Shown: positions 48,095-57,205 of the stretch, one piece after another
Numbering within the stretch: the first letter of the stretch is position 1
Layout: the number at the start of each line of letters is the position of its first letter
NCBI GenBank assembly: GCA_022848765.1
Contig: JAJISJ010000001.1
Location: forward strand, 1 to 59,642
Length of the DNA stretch: 59,642 nucleotides
Direction of reading: 5' to 3'
Source: Thermoplasmatota archaeon
Lineage (GTDB): Archaea; Thermoplasmatota; E2; DHVEG-1
The notes under the pieces: generated by a model
Database searches by the model: none
Told to the model about the DNA's origin: nothing
Seen by the model: the letters and a program-made list of their open reading frames with translations, nothing else
Program-made: the position numbers and the translations under genes

Positions 48095-48754
48095 ATGTTT
48101 ATTGTAATAATAGGTGCCTCTGGCATAGGAGAAACTCTTGTTGATATTATTCGAAATGAAAAGAGACATTCTATTGTTGTAATAGATAAAAACCTAGAAA
48201 AATGTGAGAAAATAGTTAAAAAGCATGATATCGTCGTTATTAATGGTGATGCAACAAAAAACGATGTTCTTGAAGAATGCGAGATAAACAGAGCAAATGT
48301 GCTTGTTACCACAACAAATGATGATTCAACAAACTTAATGGTTATCTCCCTTGCAAAAAACATGGGGATCAAAAATTTTGTATCAATAGTTAACAGAGAA
48401 GAAAGCATCCCCCTATATTTGGAGAAAAATGTGAGATTAATAAAGGATCCAAATAATCTTATGGCCAAACAAATATTTAGAGCAATTGAACAACCAACCA
48501 TCGAAAATTTCCTAAATATTGGTAAATCATCTGAAATAATAAGAGTATCATTAGATCCAAATTCAATTCTATGTGGAAAATATATAAACAAATTGAATTT
48601 ACCAAGAAACACAATAATACTTACGATTGAACGGGAAGACAAAATATATATCGCATCAAATGAAGGAAAAATCTTTTCCGGTGATGTAATAACATTATTA
48701 ACAGAAAATAAACAAGTTGAAAAAATAATAAAATTATTTGGAAGTTGTTTGTAA
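48095..48754 (+). CDS. trkA: TrkA-type K+ transport regulatory protein (RCK: TrkA-N plus TrkA-C)
   Basis: IIGASGIGETL Rossmann start, VVINGDATKNDVLEE, and a C-terminal TrkA-C-like domain. RBS GGGAT. Confidence 0.85.
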   Translation: MFIVIIGASGIGETLVDIIRNEKRHSIVVIDKNLEKCEKIVKKHDIVVINGDATKNDVLEECEINRANVLVTTTNDDSTNLMVISLAKNMGIKNFVSIVNREESIPLYLEKNVRLIKDPNNLMAKQIFRAIEQPTIENFLNIGKSSEIIRVSLDPNSILCGKYINKLNLPRNTIILTIEREDKIYIASNEGKIFSGDVITLLTENKQVEKIIKLFGSCL

Positions 48755-48828
48755 TATTAACTTAATATTGGAGAAATATGCCAGGTAGCTTTCTTGATAT
48801 AATCCCAGGTATTTAATCAAATTAATCC

Positions 48829-49554
48829 TTATTCAACTTGATTCCAATACGTTAGAACATTCATTCCAATTCCAATAATATCTGAGTCTAAATTATCTGT
48901 TTCAATTCCTTCAGATATTATAAGTATACCGACAAATCCTATCATTGCACCATTTATTTCTGGGAAATGTGGTTGACCTATTAATGAATACTTAAATATA
49001 TTTTGAACTCCTAGAAATCCAATTGAAAATATGAACCCATATCCTTGAAACTCGCTATATCCTGAGAATAAAGCTGTTATATTTGTATTTAATATAGGAA
49101 AGTTAAAAACATTCATATCAAATATTGAAGAAATTTTTTCTCCTTTTAATTTAAAGAATATTCCATTAAAAATATTTAGAACATCATAGTTTAATGGTAA
49201 AATATTTCTAATGTTATTATCTTTTCTAGTTAATAACTTTAAATCATTTCTCAGTTCATTTGACTTATCAAAAGATAAAATATTAGATCTCAATAGAGTG
49301 TTTATCTTACCCTCTATATAATCAGAAAATGATAACTCATATGGAAAATTATTTTCTTCAAATATTTCTTCATAATTACCATAAGAAATATATCTTTCTG
49401 ATATTTTGCCTTCTCTTGTATCCAAAATAATGATCTTAACTAATTCATTATTTTTTAAATCATTTCCTTCAGATGATACAGATATTATTGCTGTTGAAAG
49501 TATTAAAGTTAATACTATTCCATATGCTATTAATTTATTATTCATTATTTTCAT
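48829..49554 (-). CDS. Secreted protein, unknown function (241 aa)
   Basis: Signal/anchor helix, RBS GGGGAG, no recognised motif. Confidence 0.45.
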   Translation of the reverse strand: MKIMNNKLIAYGIVLTLILSTAIISVSSEGNDLKNNELVKIIILDTREGKISERYISYGNYEEIFEENNFPYELSFSDYIEGKINTLLRSNILSFDKSNELRNDLKLLTRKDNNIRNILPLNYDVLNIFNGIFFKLKGEKISSIFDMNVFNFPILNTNITALFSGYSEFQGYGFIFSIGFLGVQNIFKYSLIGQPHFPEINGAMIGFVGILIISEGIETDNLDSDIIGIGMNVLTYWNQVE

Positions 49555-50020
49555 AATTAGTTCTCCCCATATTATAATTAATCTATAGAATATAATTATA
49601 ATAATAGGTATTTAAACATTTGTTTTTAATATCCAATAATTAAATACATGTTTTGAAATAATATTAAAATATGTTATTTATAATATTTACGAATTACAAA
49701 ACGTCTATTGTCGTATATAATGGTTTTTTAACACGATAGCTTTAAATATGAATAGTGTTAAACATTGTCATATAAGATGAGAGAGATGGAAGATGGAAGT
49801 TAAAGTGGGAAGTGAAGAAGAACTAAAATATATAAATCAAATAATCCAAAAACAAACAAACAGAAATGATACAGTCAAAATAACAAATAAAAAAAATATA
49901 GGGGATATAAAAGAATACAAATACCTTCAATACCTAGTTTTCAAATACTGCTGCATCCCAAATGCAGCTTTATAAAAAAAAAAAAATTATATTAAATAAT
50001 TTACCTCCTCCTAGAAAAAA

Positions 50021-50063
50021 GGGAATAATGAAATAAGGGTTAAAACCCTTCCCCTTTCCCTTT
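50021..50063 (+). terminator. Nested hairpin E7 (AAGGGTT-AA-AACCCTT inside GGGAA...TTTCCC) between convergent small ORFs
   Basis: 7-bp stem AAGGGTT/AACCCTT closing a 2-nt AA loop, with outer purine/pyrimidine arms, flanked by A/T runs. Position fits a bidirectional terminator, but function is untested. Confidence 0.35.
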
Positions 50064-50234
50064 AAAAAAATTAGTCAATAAACTATAATTTAATTTTTTA
50101 ATAAGCAACATTATTTTAAATGTAAGTTTCTTAATAAAACTCTGACCCTTACATAAAATCCAAATTAAACAACATTAATCAACCAATTGAATATTTTAGA
50201 TAAATTTATATATAAAAACCAAATGTAAAAAACT

Positions 50235-50315
50235 GGAGAATGGGGGACGAATAATAATTTTATTAATACATCCATCCTCGCATCAATAAATTCTCTCTTC
50301 TCCCTTCCATTCTCC
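50235..50315 (+). repeat. Purine-arm/pyrimidine-arm hairpin element E8
   Basis: GGAGAATGG(50235-43) pairs with CCATTCTCC(50307-15), 9 bp perfect, extended by 3 more pairs. Followed by a 35-nt C/T-only tract to 50350. Contains GGGGGACGAATAATA, similar to E2. Confidence 0.5.
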
Positions 50316-50529
50316 CGTCTTTTCTTCCATCCTTCCTCTATCCTCTCCACTAAATAAATTAGAGTATCAGGAAATAAATATTTAAATAATTAATAAAATT
50401 TTTGATTTTATCAAATAAATATAAAACAAAATATCCAAAAATAATTTATAGTAATAATTGTTTATTTATTATGTTATAGCAAGAGTTGTTATAATACAAA
50501 GGGAAACATCTACGCAGAATCAAGTAAAT

Positions 50530-50728
50530 ATGCCTTGCTGGGAATATTTTAATTGTTCAGAATCAAGCAAAAAAATATGTGCAGCATATAAAACAGGATG
50601 TAGTGATAAAAAATTTCGAGAATGTTGGCTTTTTATAAATGATAACCTAAATGGTGGTCCTGAAAAACGGCCCATGTACAACCTGTGAATGGTTATTAAA
50701 ATATACATCAAATTTTTCTATACAATAA
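50530..50728 (+). pseudogene. Small Cys-rich protein resembling the two-CW domain, broken by a 1-nt frameshift in an A5 run
   Basis: MPCWEYFNC...ICAAY...ECWLF...NGG, then a frame change. Removing one A from 50663-67 gives ...PENGPCTTCEWLLKY... (65 aa, 7 Cys). The ORF-track start at 50458 looks like an extension. Confidence 0.45.
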
Positions 50729-50809
50729 CATATCTTAGAGAAATAATAAAATATTATCAACTAAATTTATTAATATTAATGAGATTCAGAAATTTAGGAA
50801 ATAAAATTT

Positions 50810-51253
50810 ATGAAAAAACAATTAATAATTATAACATTATCAATTCTAATTTTTTTAGGAATTTGTGGATGTGAAGAACTTGAAAAATTAAACAAACCAA
50901 ATTATATTACAGTTACTATAAATGCAGTTGCTACGGTTTATACAGTATCAACAAATGCAAATATTTTAACCCCAGATATTAACGTTATTTTTGGAATAAT
51001 AAAAGATGGGGGGGAAAATTGTGACTTTTACAGATTAACATCTGAATCAGGGACAACAGATAAGGTTACATGTAGTTTTAATCTATATAATAAACAACAA
51101 ATTGTTAGTTTTGCTGAACCAACAGGTGTCCTTGCAGGTACTAATCGTGATATTCAAACATTATCTTGGGAAACCGTAAACTCTTCAGCTAAAATGGGTG
51201 GAAGTTATACTTGGAATGTTCACCATGATCTTTATCTTTCAAGTTCAGGATAA
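50810..51253 (+). CDS. Small lipoprotein, unknown function
   Basis: Signal peptide with LGICGC lipobox; beta-rich mature part. Confidence 0.5.
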   Translation: MKKQLIIITLSILIFLGICGCEELEKLNKPNYITVTINAVATVYTVSTNANILTPDINVIFGIIKDGGENCDFYRLTSESGTTDKVTCSFNLYNKQQIVSFAEPTGVLAGTNRDIQTLSWETVNSSAKMGGSYTWNVHHDLYLSSSG

Positions 51254-51334
51254 AAAACGAAAAAAATAATTTTTAATAAATCAAAAAATATTTTTGAAAG
51301 GAAGAAAATTTTTTAAAGGATAAAAACATATAAT

Positions 51335-51350
51335 ATTAACAATTGTTAAT
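51335..51350. promoter_or_regulatory. Perfect palindrome ATTAACAATTGTTAAT (core TTAACAATTGTTAA), putative operator
   Basis: Third perfect copy, 47 bp upstream of the ATG (51397) of the YiiX-like gene. Confidence 0.55.
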
Positions 51351-51396
51351 TCATTATCATATTTAGTATGATTATTATCACATCTAAGTGAATAAC

Positions 51397-52860
51397 ATGA
51401 TAAAAAACAGGGAACTTAAAAATAAATTATATGCAATTCTAATAATAGAAATAATTATTATATCATTCTTCTTCATTAACCCATCTTCAGCAGAAAAAAT
51501 TGAATTAATAAATCTAGATATAAATATGCAACCAGTACTACCTGAAAATTTCAAAATAGGGGATTTAATTTTTATTGAGAGCATCTCTTTTTTTCACAAT
51601 ATATGCAACTCATGGGATCACGTAGCAATGTACATTGGAGAAAATCAATTCATCGAAGCTAATGATTATTCAAGCATACCACCTCCAATTGGAGGAACAA
51701 GTGGAGTACAAATTACACCTTTATGGAAATATAAACTCTGGACTCAATATTGTACTTTTGCAACAGTTAAAAATATTAATGAAAGTCAGAGAAAAGCAGC
51801 TGTTGACTGGGCTATAGGTCAAATTGGGGATAACAATTTTCAAAAATGTTGGGGAAATGGAAGTTGGTGGGCAAATTCAAATCCAAATGATAAAAATGAT
51901 CCAGATTCAAATAATTGGTATTGCGCAGAATTAATTTGGGCGTCATATTATAATACAAGTAATGGAACCATTGATCTTGACATAACACCAGGTCCTCTAC
52001 AACCACCAACTGGTGATGGAATTCATAATGCAGTAAACCCACAAAATATTGCATCACATAGTAATATACTCAAATATTCGGAGAAAGGGGCGCCAAATAC
52101 TCCATCCTGTCCAACAGGAGATTTAAAAAGAATAACACTTCCTCAAATTGGCCAATATTCTACTCTTCCAAAAAATAATTTAGACAAAGAATTATCTTTT
52201 CAATGGGTATGGGGAGATTCCTTTAAACCTGATTCATGGGGAGATTATATTGAAATAAAATCTAATACTACAATAATTAAGAATCATCGATGGATTAGAA
52301 TAAATATACATGATAAAATAGATCAAAATTTTGTATTTGACATACGTGTAAGATGTAAAGATAAAAATGGTCGTATAAGTAATTGGTCAGAACCATTCCC
52401 CATTCATGTAACTCCAAATAATTATGATACAGACTGGATTGCACCTATAGGATTCATCGATAATGACTGGAAAGGTGAGGAAAATGTTATAGATGAAAAA
52501 CAATACAAAAATGCAGTTTATAAAAAAATTGGAGATATCGAATGGAGCGACTCACCACTGATATTAACATTAAACGAGTCAAAATTAATAAAAGGATTTC
52601 GAATTAAAGCAAATAATAATCCACATGTTAATGAAATAAAAATCAGTTTTTATAATAATAACGAACACATTATCAATTTTACATACAATAATTGGCCAAA
52701 TTTGAGATGGAAAATTATAGATTTACATCGTTATAAAATAAATGTTGATAAAGTGGAAATAAATTTCCATATAAATGATTCATTTCAAAACTTAGGTTTT
52801 TTCATACATCCTGTATATGTATATGGTTTCTCATTCTGGGAATATAAAGGCTGGGTTTAA
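51397..52860 (+). CDS. Secreted permuted papain-fold peptidase (YiiX/C92, NlpC/P60-like) with a C-terminal beta-rich extension
   Basis: IGDLIFIES...WDHVAMYIGENQFIEA (His) followed by NWYCAELIWASY (Cys): the permuted order typical of the YiiX/DUF1105 family. Signal/anchor helix present. Confidence 0.55.
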   Translation: MIKNRELKNKLYAILIIEIIIISFFFINPSSAEKIELINLDINMQPVLPENFKIGDLIFIESISFFHNICNSWDHVAMYIGENQFIEANDYSSIPPPIGGTSGVQITPLWKYKLWTQYCTFATVKNINESQRKAAVDWAIGQIGDNNFQKCWGNGSWWANSNPNDKNDPDSNNWYCAELIWASYYNTSNGTIDLDITPGPLQPPTGDGIHNAVNPQNIASHSNILKYSEKGAPNTPSCPTGDLKRITLPQIGQYSTLPKNNLDKELSFQWVWGDSFKPDSWGDYIEIKSNTTIIKNHRWIRINIHDKIDQNFVFDIRVRCKDKNGRISNWSEPFPIHVTPNNYDTDWIAPIGFIDNDWKGEENVIDEKQYKNAVYKKIGDIEWSDSPLILTLNESKLIKGFRIKANNNPHVNEIKISFYNNNEHIINFTYNNWPNLRWKIIDLHRYKINVDKVEINFHINDSFQNLGFFIHPVYVYGFSFWEYKGWV

Positions 52861-52972
52861 TACAAAAAATAAAAAACTATAATAATAAAAAAACATTTTT
52901 ACATAAATTCAGATTTTATTAATAAAATATCTTTTAAATAAGTCCTAAGAAATATAGCATAAAAAAAAGTTT

Positions 52973-53614
52973 ATGGAAAAAATGTTGAAAAATAAGATAG
53001 TTATCATAGGAAATGGAACAATTAATGATATTATTTTTCATAAAAAATTATTAGAAAATGTGGATTTAATAATATGTGCAGACGGTGGAGCTAATAATGC
53101 AAAACAAATGGATATAATACCAGATTATATAATTGGTGATTTGGATTCAACAAGTTCAGATGTTCTAGAATTTTTTAAACATCATAAAACAAAAATAATA
53201 AAAGACAATGACCAGGATAAAACAGATATGGAACTTGCAATATCTCTCGCTGAATCATTTAATCCAAATGAAATTCTTATATTAGGTGCAATTGGTTATC
53301 GAATAGATCATACTCTTGCTAATATACTATGTCTAAATAAAATAAAATCATCAATTAAAACCCAGATAATCGATGATAGAAATATTATTGAACTAGTAGA
53401 TAATTCAAAGGATATTATTGGTGAAAAAGATGAGATAATTTCAATAATACCATTAACTGATATTTTGGGATTATCTTATAAAGGAATGAAATGGTTAATA
53501 TCAAATAAAAATATAAAATTTGGTTGGTTTGGAATATCAAACAAATTAATAAAAAAGAAAGTACATATTTCATTAAAGAAAGGGAAATTATTAATCATAA
53601 GGGTGAGGGATTAA
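52973..53614 (+). CDS. Thiamine pyrophosphokinase
   Basis: IICADGGAN, PDYIIGDLDS, DQDKTDMELA, and a C-terminal thiamine-binding beta domain. Confidence 0.85.
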   Translation: MEKMLKNKIVIIGNGTINDIIFHKKLLENVDLIICADGGANNAKQMDIIPDYIIGDLDSTSSDVLEFFKHHKTKIIKDNDQDKTDMELAISLAESFNPNEILILGAIGYRIDHTLANILCLNKIKSSIKTQIIDDRNIIELVDNSKDIIGEKDEIISIIPLTDILGLSYKGMKWLISNKNIKFGWFGISNKLIKKKVHISLKKGKLLIIRVRD

Positions 53615-53621
53615 TAAAAAA

Positions 53622-55037
53622 ATGGAGATATCAATAATTGATTATATCATTATTGTTTGTTACTTTATTTTATTATTCATAATTGGTTTTTTTGTAAAAA
53701 AAAAAGTACATAATTTGAATGATTATTTTCTTGCAGGAAGGAGACTCACTCTCCCAATATTTGTAGCTACATTAGTATCAACCTGGTATGGCGGATTATT
53801 AGGTGTTGGGGAATTATCTTTCAACTATGGCCTTGTAAACTGGTTAACTCAAGGATTCTTCTGGTATCTGGTTTATTTATTTTTTGCCTTCTTCCTAGCA
53901 AATAGAATTCGAAAATCAAAACTTTATACTATTCCAGATCAATTAGAACGTTTTTATGATAAAAAATCCAGATTCCTTGGATCAATTTTTAATTTTATAA
54001 TGGTAACACCAGCTGCATATATTCTCTCATTAGGTCTTATTTTTAATATATTATTTGGCTGGGAACTATGGATCAGCATCTTTGTAGTCTCAATAGTAAT
54101 GATTTTTTACACAATAAGAGGAGGTTTTATAGGTATTATTTATACTGATTTTATTCAATTTATTTTAATGATGGCGGGAGTAGCAATGATTATCCCCATC
54201 GCAGTTCAAAAATATGGGGGATTTGATTTTTTAGTTACAAATCTACCAGAAACACATTTAACCTTAACTGGAGGATGGTCAACACAATTGATACTTGTAT
54301 GGGGTCTTCTTGCTTTTTGGACTCTTGCTGATCCTGGTTTTTATCAAAGATGTTACGCTTCAAAAGATGACAAGATCCCTAAAAAAGGGATTCTTATTGC
54401 AATAGGCTTCTGGTTTTTATTTGATATCTGTACAACATTTACAGGAATGTATGCTGCAGCAGCAAATAATGCAGGTCTTTTATCAGCTGAAGCAACAACC
54501 TCTTATCTATCAATCGCCGGCTCTCTTCTACCACCTGTGTTTTTAGGTTTATTTTTAACCGGATTAATTGCAACTGTAATGAGCACAGTTGACTCTTTTA
54601 CTTTTCTAGGAGCAATGAACATATCACATGATCTTTATAAGAATATATTCAAACCCAATGCAACTGATAAACAGGTAATGAACGCCACAAAAATTGGAAT
54701 TTTCATAACAGCTGGCTTCGCAATAATTCTTGCATTATTTTTTAAATCAATTGTAACAATGTGGTATACTATAGGAACAATTGGAATATCTGCATTAATT
54801 GTCCCAATTCTATTTGGTTTTTTCTATAAAGGCAAGAAATCACCGATCGCAGCTGTTTCATCAATGATATTTGGATCAGGAACTTCACTATCATGGATGA
54901 TTTATGGATATCTAAACCTAGATCAATGGGGTTGGCCACAATATATAGCAGGAATTGAACCATTATATCCTGGTCTTTTAGTTTCATTACTTGTATTTAT
55001 AGTAGTAAATATAATTCATGTTAGGGGGATGAAATAA
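53622..55037 (+). CDS. Sodium:solute symporter family transporter, candidate thiamine (or precursor) importer
   Basis: About 13 TM segments, SSF pattern (YTDFIQF, GG). Starts 7 nt after the thiamine pyrophosphokinase gene, with its RBS (GGGTGAGGGAT) inside the end of that gene. Confidence 0.8.
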   Translation: MEISIIDYIIIVCYFILLFIIGFFVKKKVHNLNDYFLAGRRLTLPIFVATLVSTWYGGLLGVGELSFNYGLVNWLTQGFFWYLVYLFFAFFLANRIRKSKLYTIPDQLERFYDKKSRFLGSIFNFIMVTPAAYILSLGLIFNILFGWELWISIFVVSIVMIFYTIRGGFIGIIYTDFIQFILMMAGVAMIIPIAVQKYGGFDFLVTNLPETHLTLTGGWSTQLILVWGLLAFWTLADPGFYQRCYASKDDKIPKKGILIAIGFWFLFDICTTFTGMYAAAANNAGLLSAEATTSYLSIAGSLLPPVFLGLFLTGLIATVMSTVDSFTFLGAMNISHDLYKNIFKPNATDKQVMNATKIGIFITAGFAIILALFFKSIVTMWYTIGTIGISALIVPILFGFFYKGKKSPIAAVSSMIFGSGTSLSWMIYGYLNLDQWGWPQYIAGIEPLYPGLLVSLLVFIVVNIIHVRGMK

Positions 55038-55174
55038 TGGATCCTGCAAATCTTTTAATTCTTGATGCAGTAATCTTAATAATTGCAACAATTATTTTGT
55101 CATATTTTTTTATTAAAGATATATTTAAGAAAAAAAAGAAACCAATCAAAATTTTAAAAAAGAAAAAACAGTAA
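55037..55174 (+). CDS. Small single-TM accessory protein of the symporter (45 aa)
   Basis: Below the ORF-track cutoff. Its ATG shares one base (55037) with the symporter TAA. One TM helix plus a Lys-rich tail, the layout of small subunits often encoded after SSF transporters. Confidence 0.45.
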   Translation: MDPANLLILDAVILIIATIILSYFFIKDIFKKKKKPIKILKKKKQ

Positions 55175-55262
55175 ATATATAAAACCTCCAAAGCTGATCA
55201 AATAATAAACATTTTCAAAATTTATAAAAAATTATAAGTAATTTTAAAATTTAGAAATAAAT

Positions 55263-55977
55263 TTATTTTAATAAAAAACTAAGATTATCTCCAGAATGAA
55301 ATTCCAATGGATCTCTATCTTTCTTAAAAACCCTAGCACCATTAATACCTTTCAATATAATATCATAATCTCTTATAAGAAGCATTGAACCTTCTCTTAG
55401 ACCAACGACATATTCATTGTTATAGAAAAGAAATTCTTTAATCCTCACCTCACGTGTCTCACCCATATGACTACTATTTTGAATAGGATCAATATAATGA
55501 GGATTAATATTAAAAGATACAAGATTTAAAGCAAAAAAACTGGGGGGATATACAATTGGCATATCATTTGTTGTCATAATACTCTTACAAGCAACGTTTG
55601 AACCAGCACTCGTGCCAATATAGAATAGCCCATCTTTAACACGTTTTCTTATAATTTCTATAATTCCTGCTTCATATAAACCTTTTAACAAAACAAATGT
55701 ATTACCGCCACCTATATACAAAGCTTCTACTTCTTCTAAAATCTCCTTAGGATTATTGTATTCATGTATACCTGATAATTTATATCCTATTTTATTAAAA
55801 CGATCTTGAGCAATCCTTGTATATTCATCATGAGAAATACCTCCTGGTCGAGCGAATGGGATAAAAACTACATTTTTTTTTATCTATTAAAAAATTCTTA
55901 ATTTCATCAGCACAGTGATCAAGATAACCACTACCATGAAGAGTAGAATTACTTATCAACAATAAATTTCGTTTCAT
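55263..55977 (-). pseudogene. pepE: Dipeptidase E (peptidase S51) split by a 1-nt frameshift in an A9/T9 homopolymer
   Basis: N-terminal part MKRNLLLISNSTLHGSGYLDHCADEIKNFLIDKK from ATG 55977. After the T9 run (55873-81) the homology (VVFIPFARPGGISHDEY...ALYIGGGNTF...GTSAGS) continues in the frame of ORF 55263..55721. The 715-nt length is 238 codons plus 1 nt. Confidence 0.75.
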
Positions 55978-56039
55978 ATGATTAGTTCACCACTAACTTT
56001 TTCATTATAACATTATTTAATTTATAAAAATTGTTTAAA

Positions 56040-56192
56040 CTAATTATTAACGTATAAAAATCTGCAATTGCAACATCTTATATGTGTCTTTTTATGAATA
56101 ATTATTTCGGGTATTGCATCGAATTTTGGACAATTTTGATGTAATTTGACAGGTTTTTTATTTTTCAAGCACATTAATACAATGTTTTTCAT
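56040..56192 (-). CDS. Possible 50-aa Cys-rich small protein
   Basis: Below the ORF-track cutoff. Reads MKNIVLMCLKNKKPVKLHQNCPKFDAIPEIIIHKKTHIRCCNCRFLYVNN. GGAG RBS 8 nt upstream of the ATG. Confidence 0.35.
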   Translation of the reverse strand: MKNIVLMCLKNKKPVKLHQNCPKFDAIPEIIIHKKTHIRCCNCRFLYVNN

Positions 56193-56348
56193 AATAAGAC
56201 TCCGTCCAATTATTAAATTAAACTAAATTAATTCAATTACATATATATAAATAACTTTCTATTTATGTTGTTACATATGTTACAATAATATTCAGAAACA
56301 TTTATATTAATAGCTAATATCCTTTTATGATAGGTTGTGAGGTGAGAT

Positions 56349-56909
56349 ATGAAAATTAATAATCCACAAGAATTTATAGGAAAGGAAGTAAATGATGTAA
56401 ATGGAAACACAATGGGATATATAGATAAATGGTGGAACAGCTGGAATACAGATTATCCAGGATATTTCTTTGGAGTTAGACCAACAGAAAACTCGAGAGC
56501 TACTTGGTTTAGAGGAACAAGTAAATTAATACCAATTTACAGTGATTACGTAAAAGAATTCACACATCAGGTTACTCTAAATAAAACATTAGAAGATTTC
56601 AGTAGATTTTGGAATAAAGCATTCCCCTGCGGGCAAACAACCTGTACCACTGATGAAATCACAGATAAAACAGTTTATGACAAGAATCATTCAAGAGTTG
56701 GTACATTTTATGGATGGGTAGAAAGTGACGGCACTTTCAAAAATTACGGATGCTTTGTAGATCCTTATATATGTGATACGTGGAAAATCCCACATAACAT
56801 AATAATGCCAATGCCTATTGACAGTATAACCAATGTTAAAGATACTATCCTTTTAAATAAAACATTAGATGAATTAAAACAATATTGGCAAAAATATCAT
56901 CAATTCTAA
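56349..56909 (+). CDS. Protein with two PRC-barrel-like repeats
   Basis: Duplicated GKEVNDVNGNTMGYIDKWW / DKTVYDKNHSRVGTFYGWV segments and LNKTL(E/D)(D/E) repeats. Strong RBS GTGAGGTGAG. Confidence 0.4.
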   Translation: MKINNPQEFIGKEVNDVNGNTMGYIDKWWNSWNTDYPGYFFGVRPTENSRATWFRGTSKLIPIYSDYVKEFTHQVTLNKTLEDFSRFWNKAFPCGQTTCTTDEITDKTVYDKNHSRVGTFYGWVESDGTFKNYGCFVDPYICDTWKIPHNIIMPMPIDSITNVKDTILLNKTLDELKQYWQKYHQF

Positions 56910-56933
56910 AATATAATGGATATCATGTAAATA

Positions 56934-56976
56934 AGGGAATTTATCCTCTTCCCTCTTTTCTTTCAATTTTCCTTTT
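56934..56976 (+). terminator. Hairpin AGGGAA-N9-TTCCCT followed by a T-rich tract (element E9)
   Basis: 6-bp purine/pyrimidine stem 25 nt after the stop of 56349..56909, then CTTTTCTTTCAATTTTCCTTTT. Confidence 0.35.
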
Positions 56977-57205
56977 AATTATAAACTATTGTACCTAAAT
57001 TAAATTTTCTAGATAGAAAAAAACCATAAAAATAATCAAAATAAAGTAATTAATAAAATGCTACAAATGATTCAAAAAACAGGATCTTATATTCTTATTT
57101 TTGTTGGTATATGGTATAAGATTAATATATAATTATTTACGATTTATACATAAATAAATAACTTATATTAATTATCTGATCAAAATTAAAAAATTAAACT
57201 ACAAT

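Noticed and set aside
48037-48642. 201-aa minus-strand ORF
   Set aside because: It is antisense to the trkA gene and the MscS remnant. The translation is low-complexity (Ser/Ile/Phe-rich) and trkA has unambiguous motifs.
49771-50350. Calling this segment a MITE or other mobile element
   Set aside because: The flanking inverted tracts are only about 65% identical by hand alignment. No target-site duplication or second copy is visible in the window. It is kept as a finding but not annotated as a mobile element.
52861-52972. TPP riboswitch upstream of the thiamine pyrophosphokinase operon
   Set aside because: The 112-bp upstream region is almost pure A/T and lacks the conserved CUGAGA / ACCUGA-type core elements of the TPP aptamer.
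35299-54987. Further shadow ORFs: 35299-35589, 35804-35986, 38155-38379, 40719-40919, 42072-42299, 42896-43108, 45169-45372, 45869-46102, 46258-46446, 49406-49588, 50520-50711, 50689-50874, 51384-51584, 51635-51817, 51812-52057, 54769-54987; also 10260-10454 and 12483-12677
   Set aside because: Same reasoning: they overlap better-supported genes or have no start context. 42896-43108 also spans the palindromic operator and promoter region.
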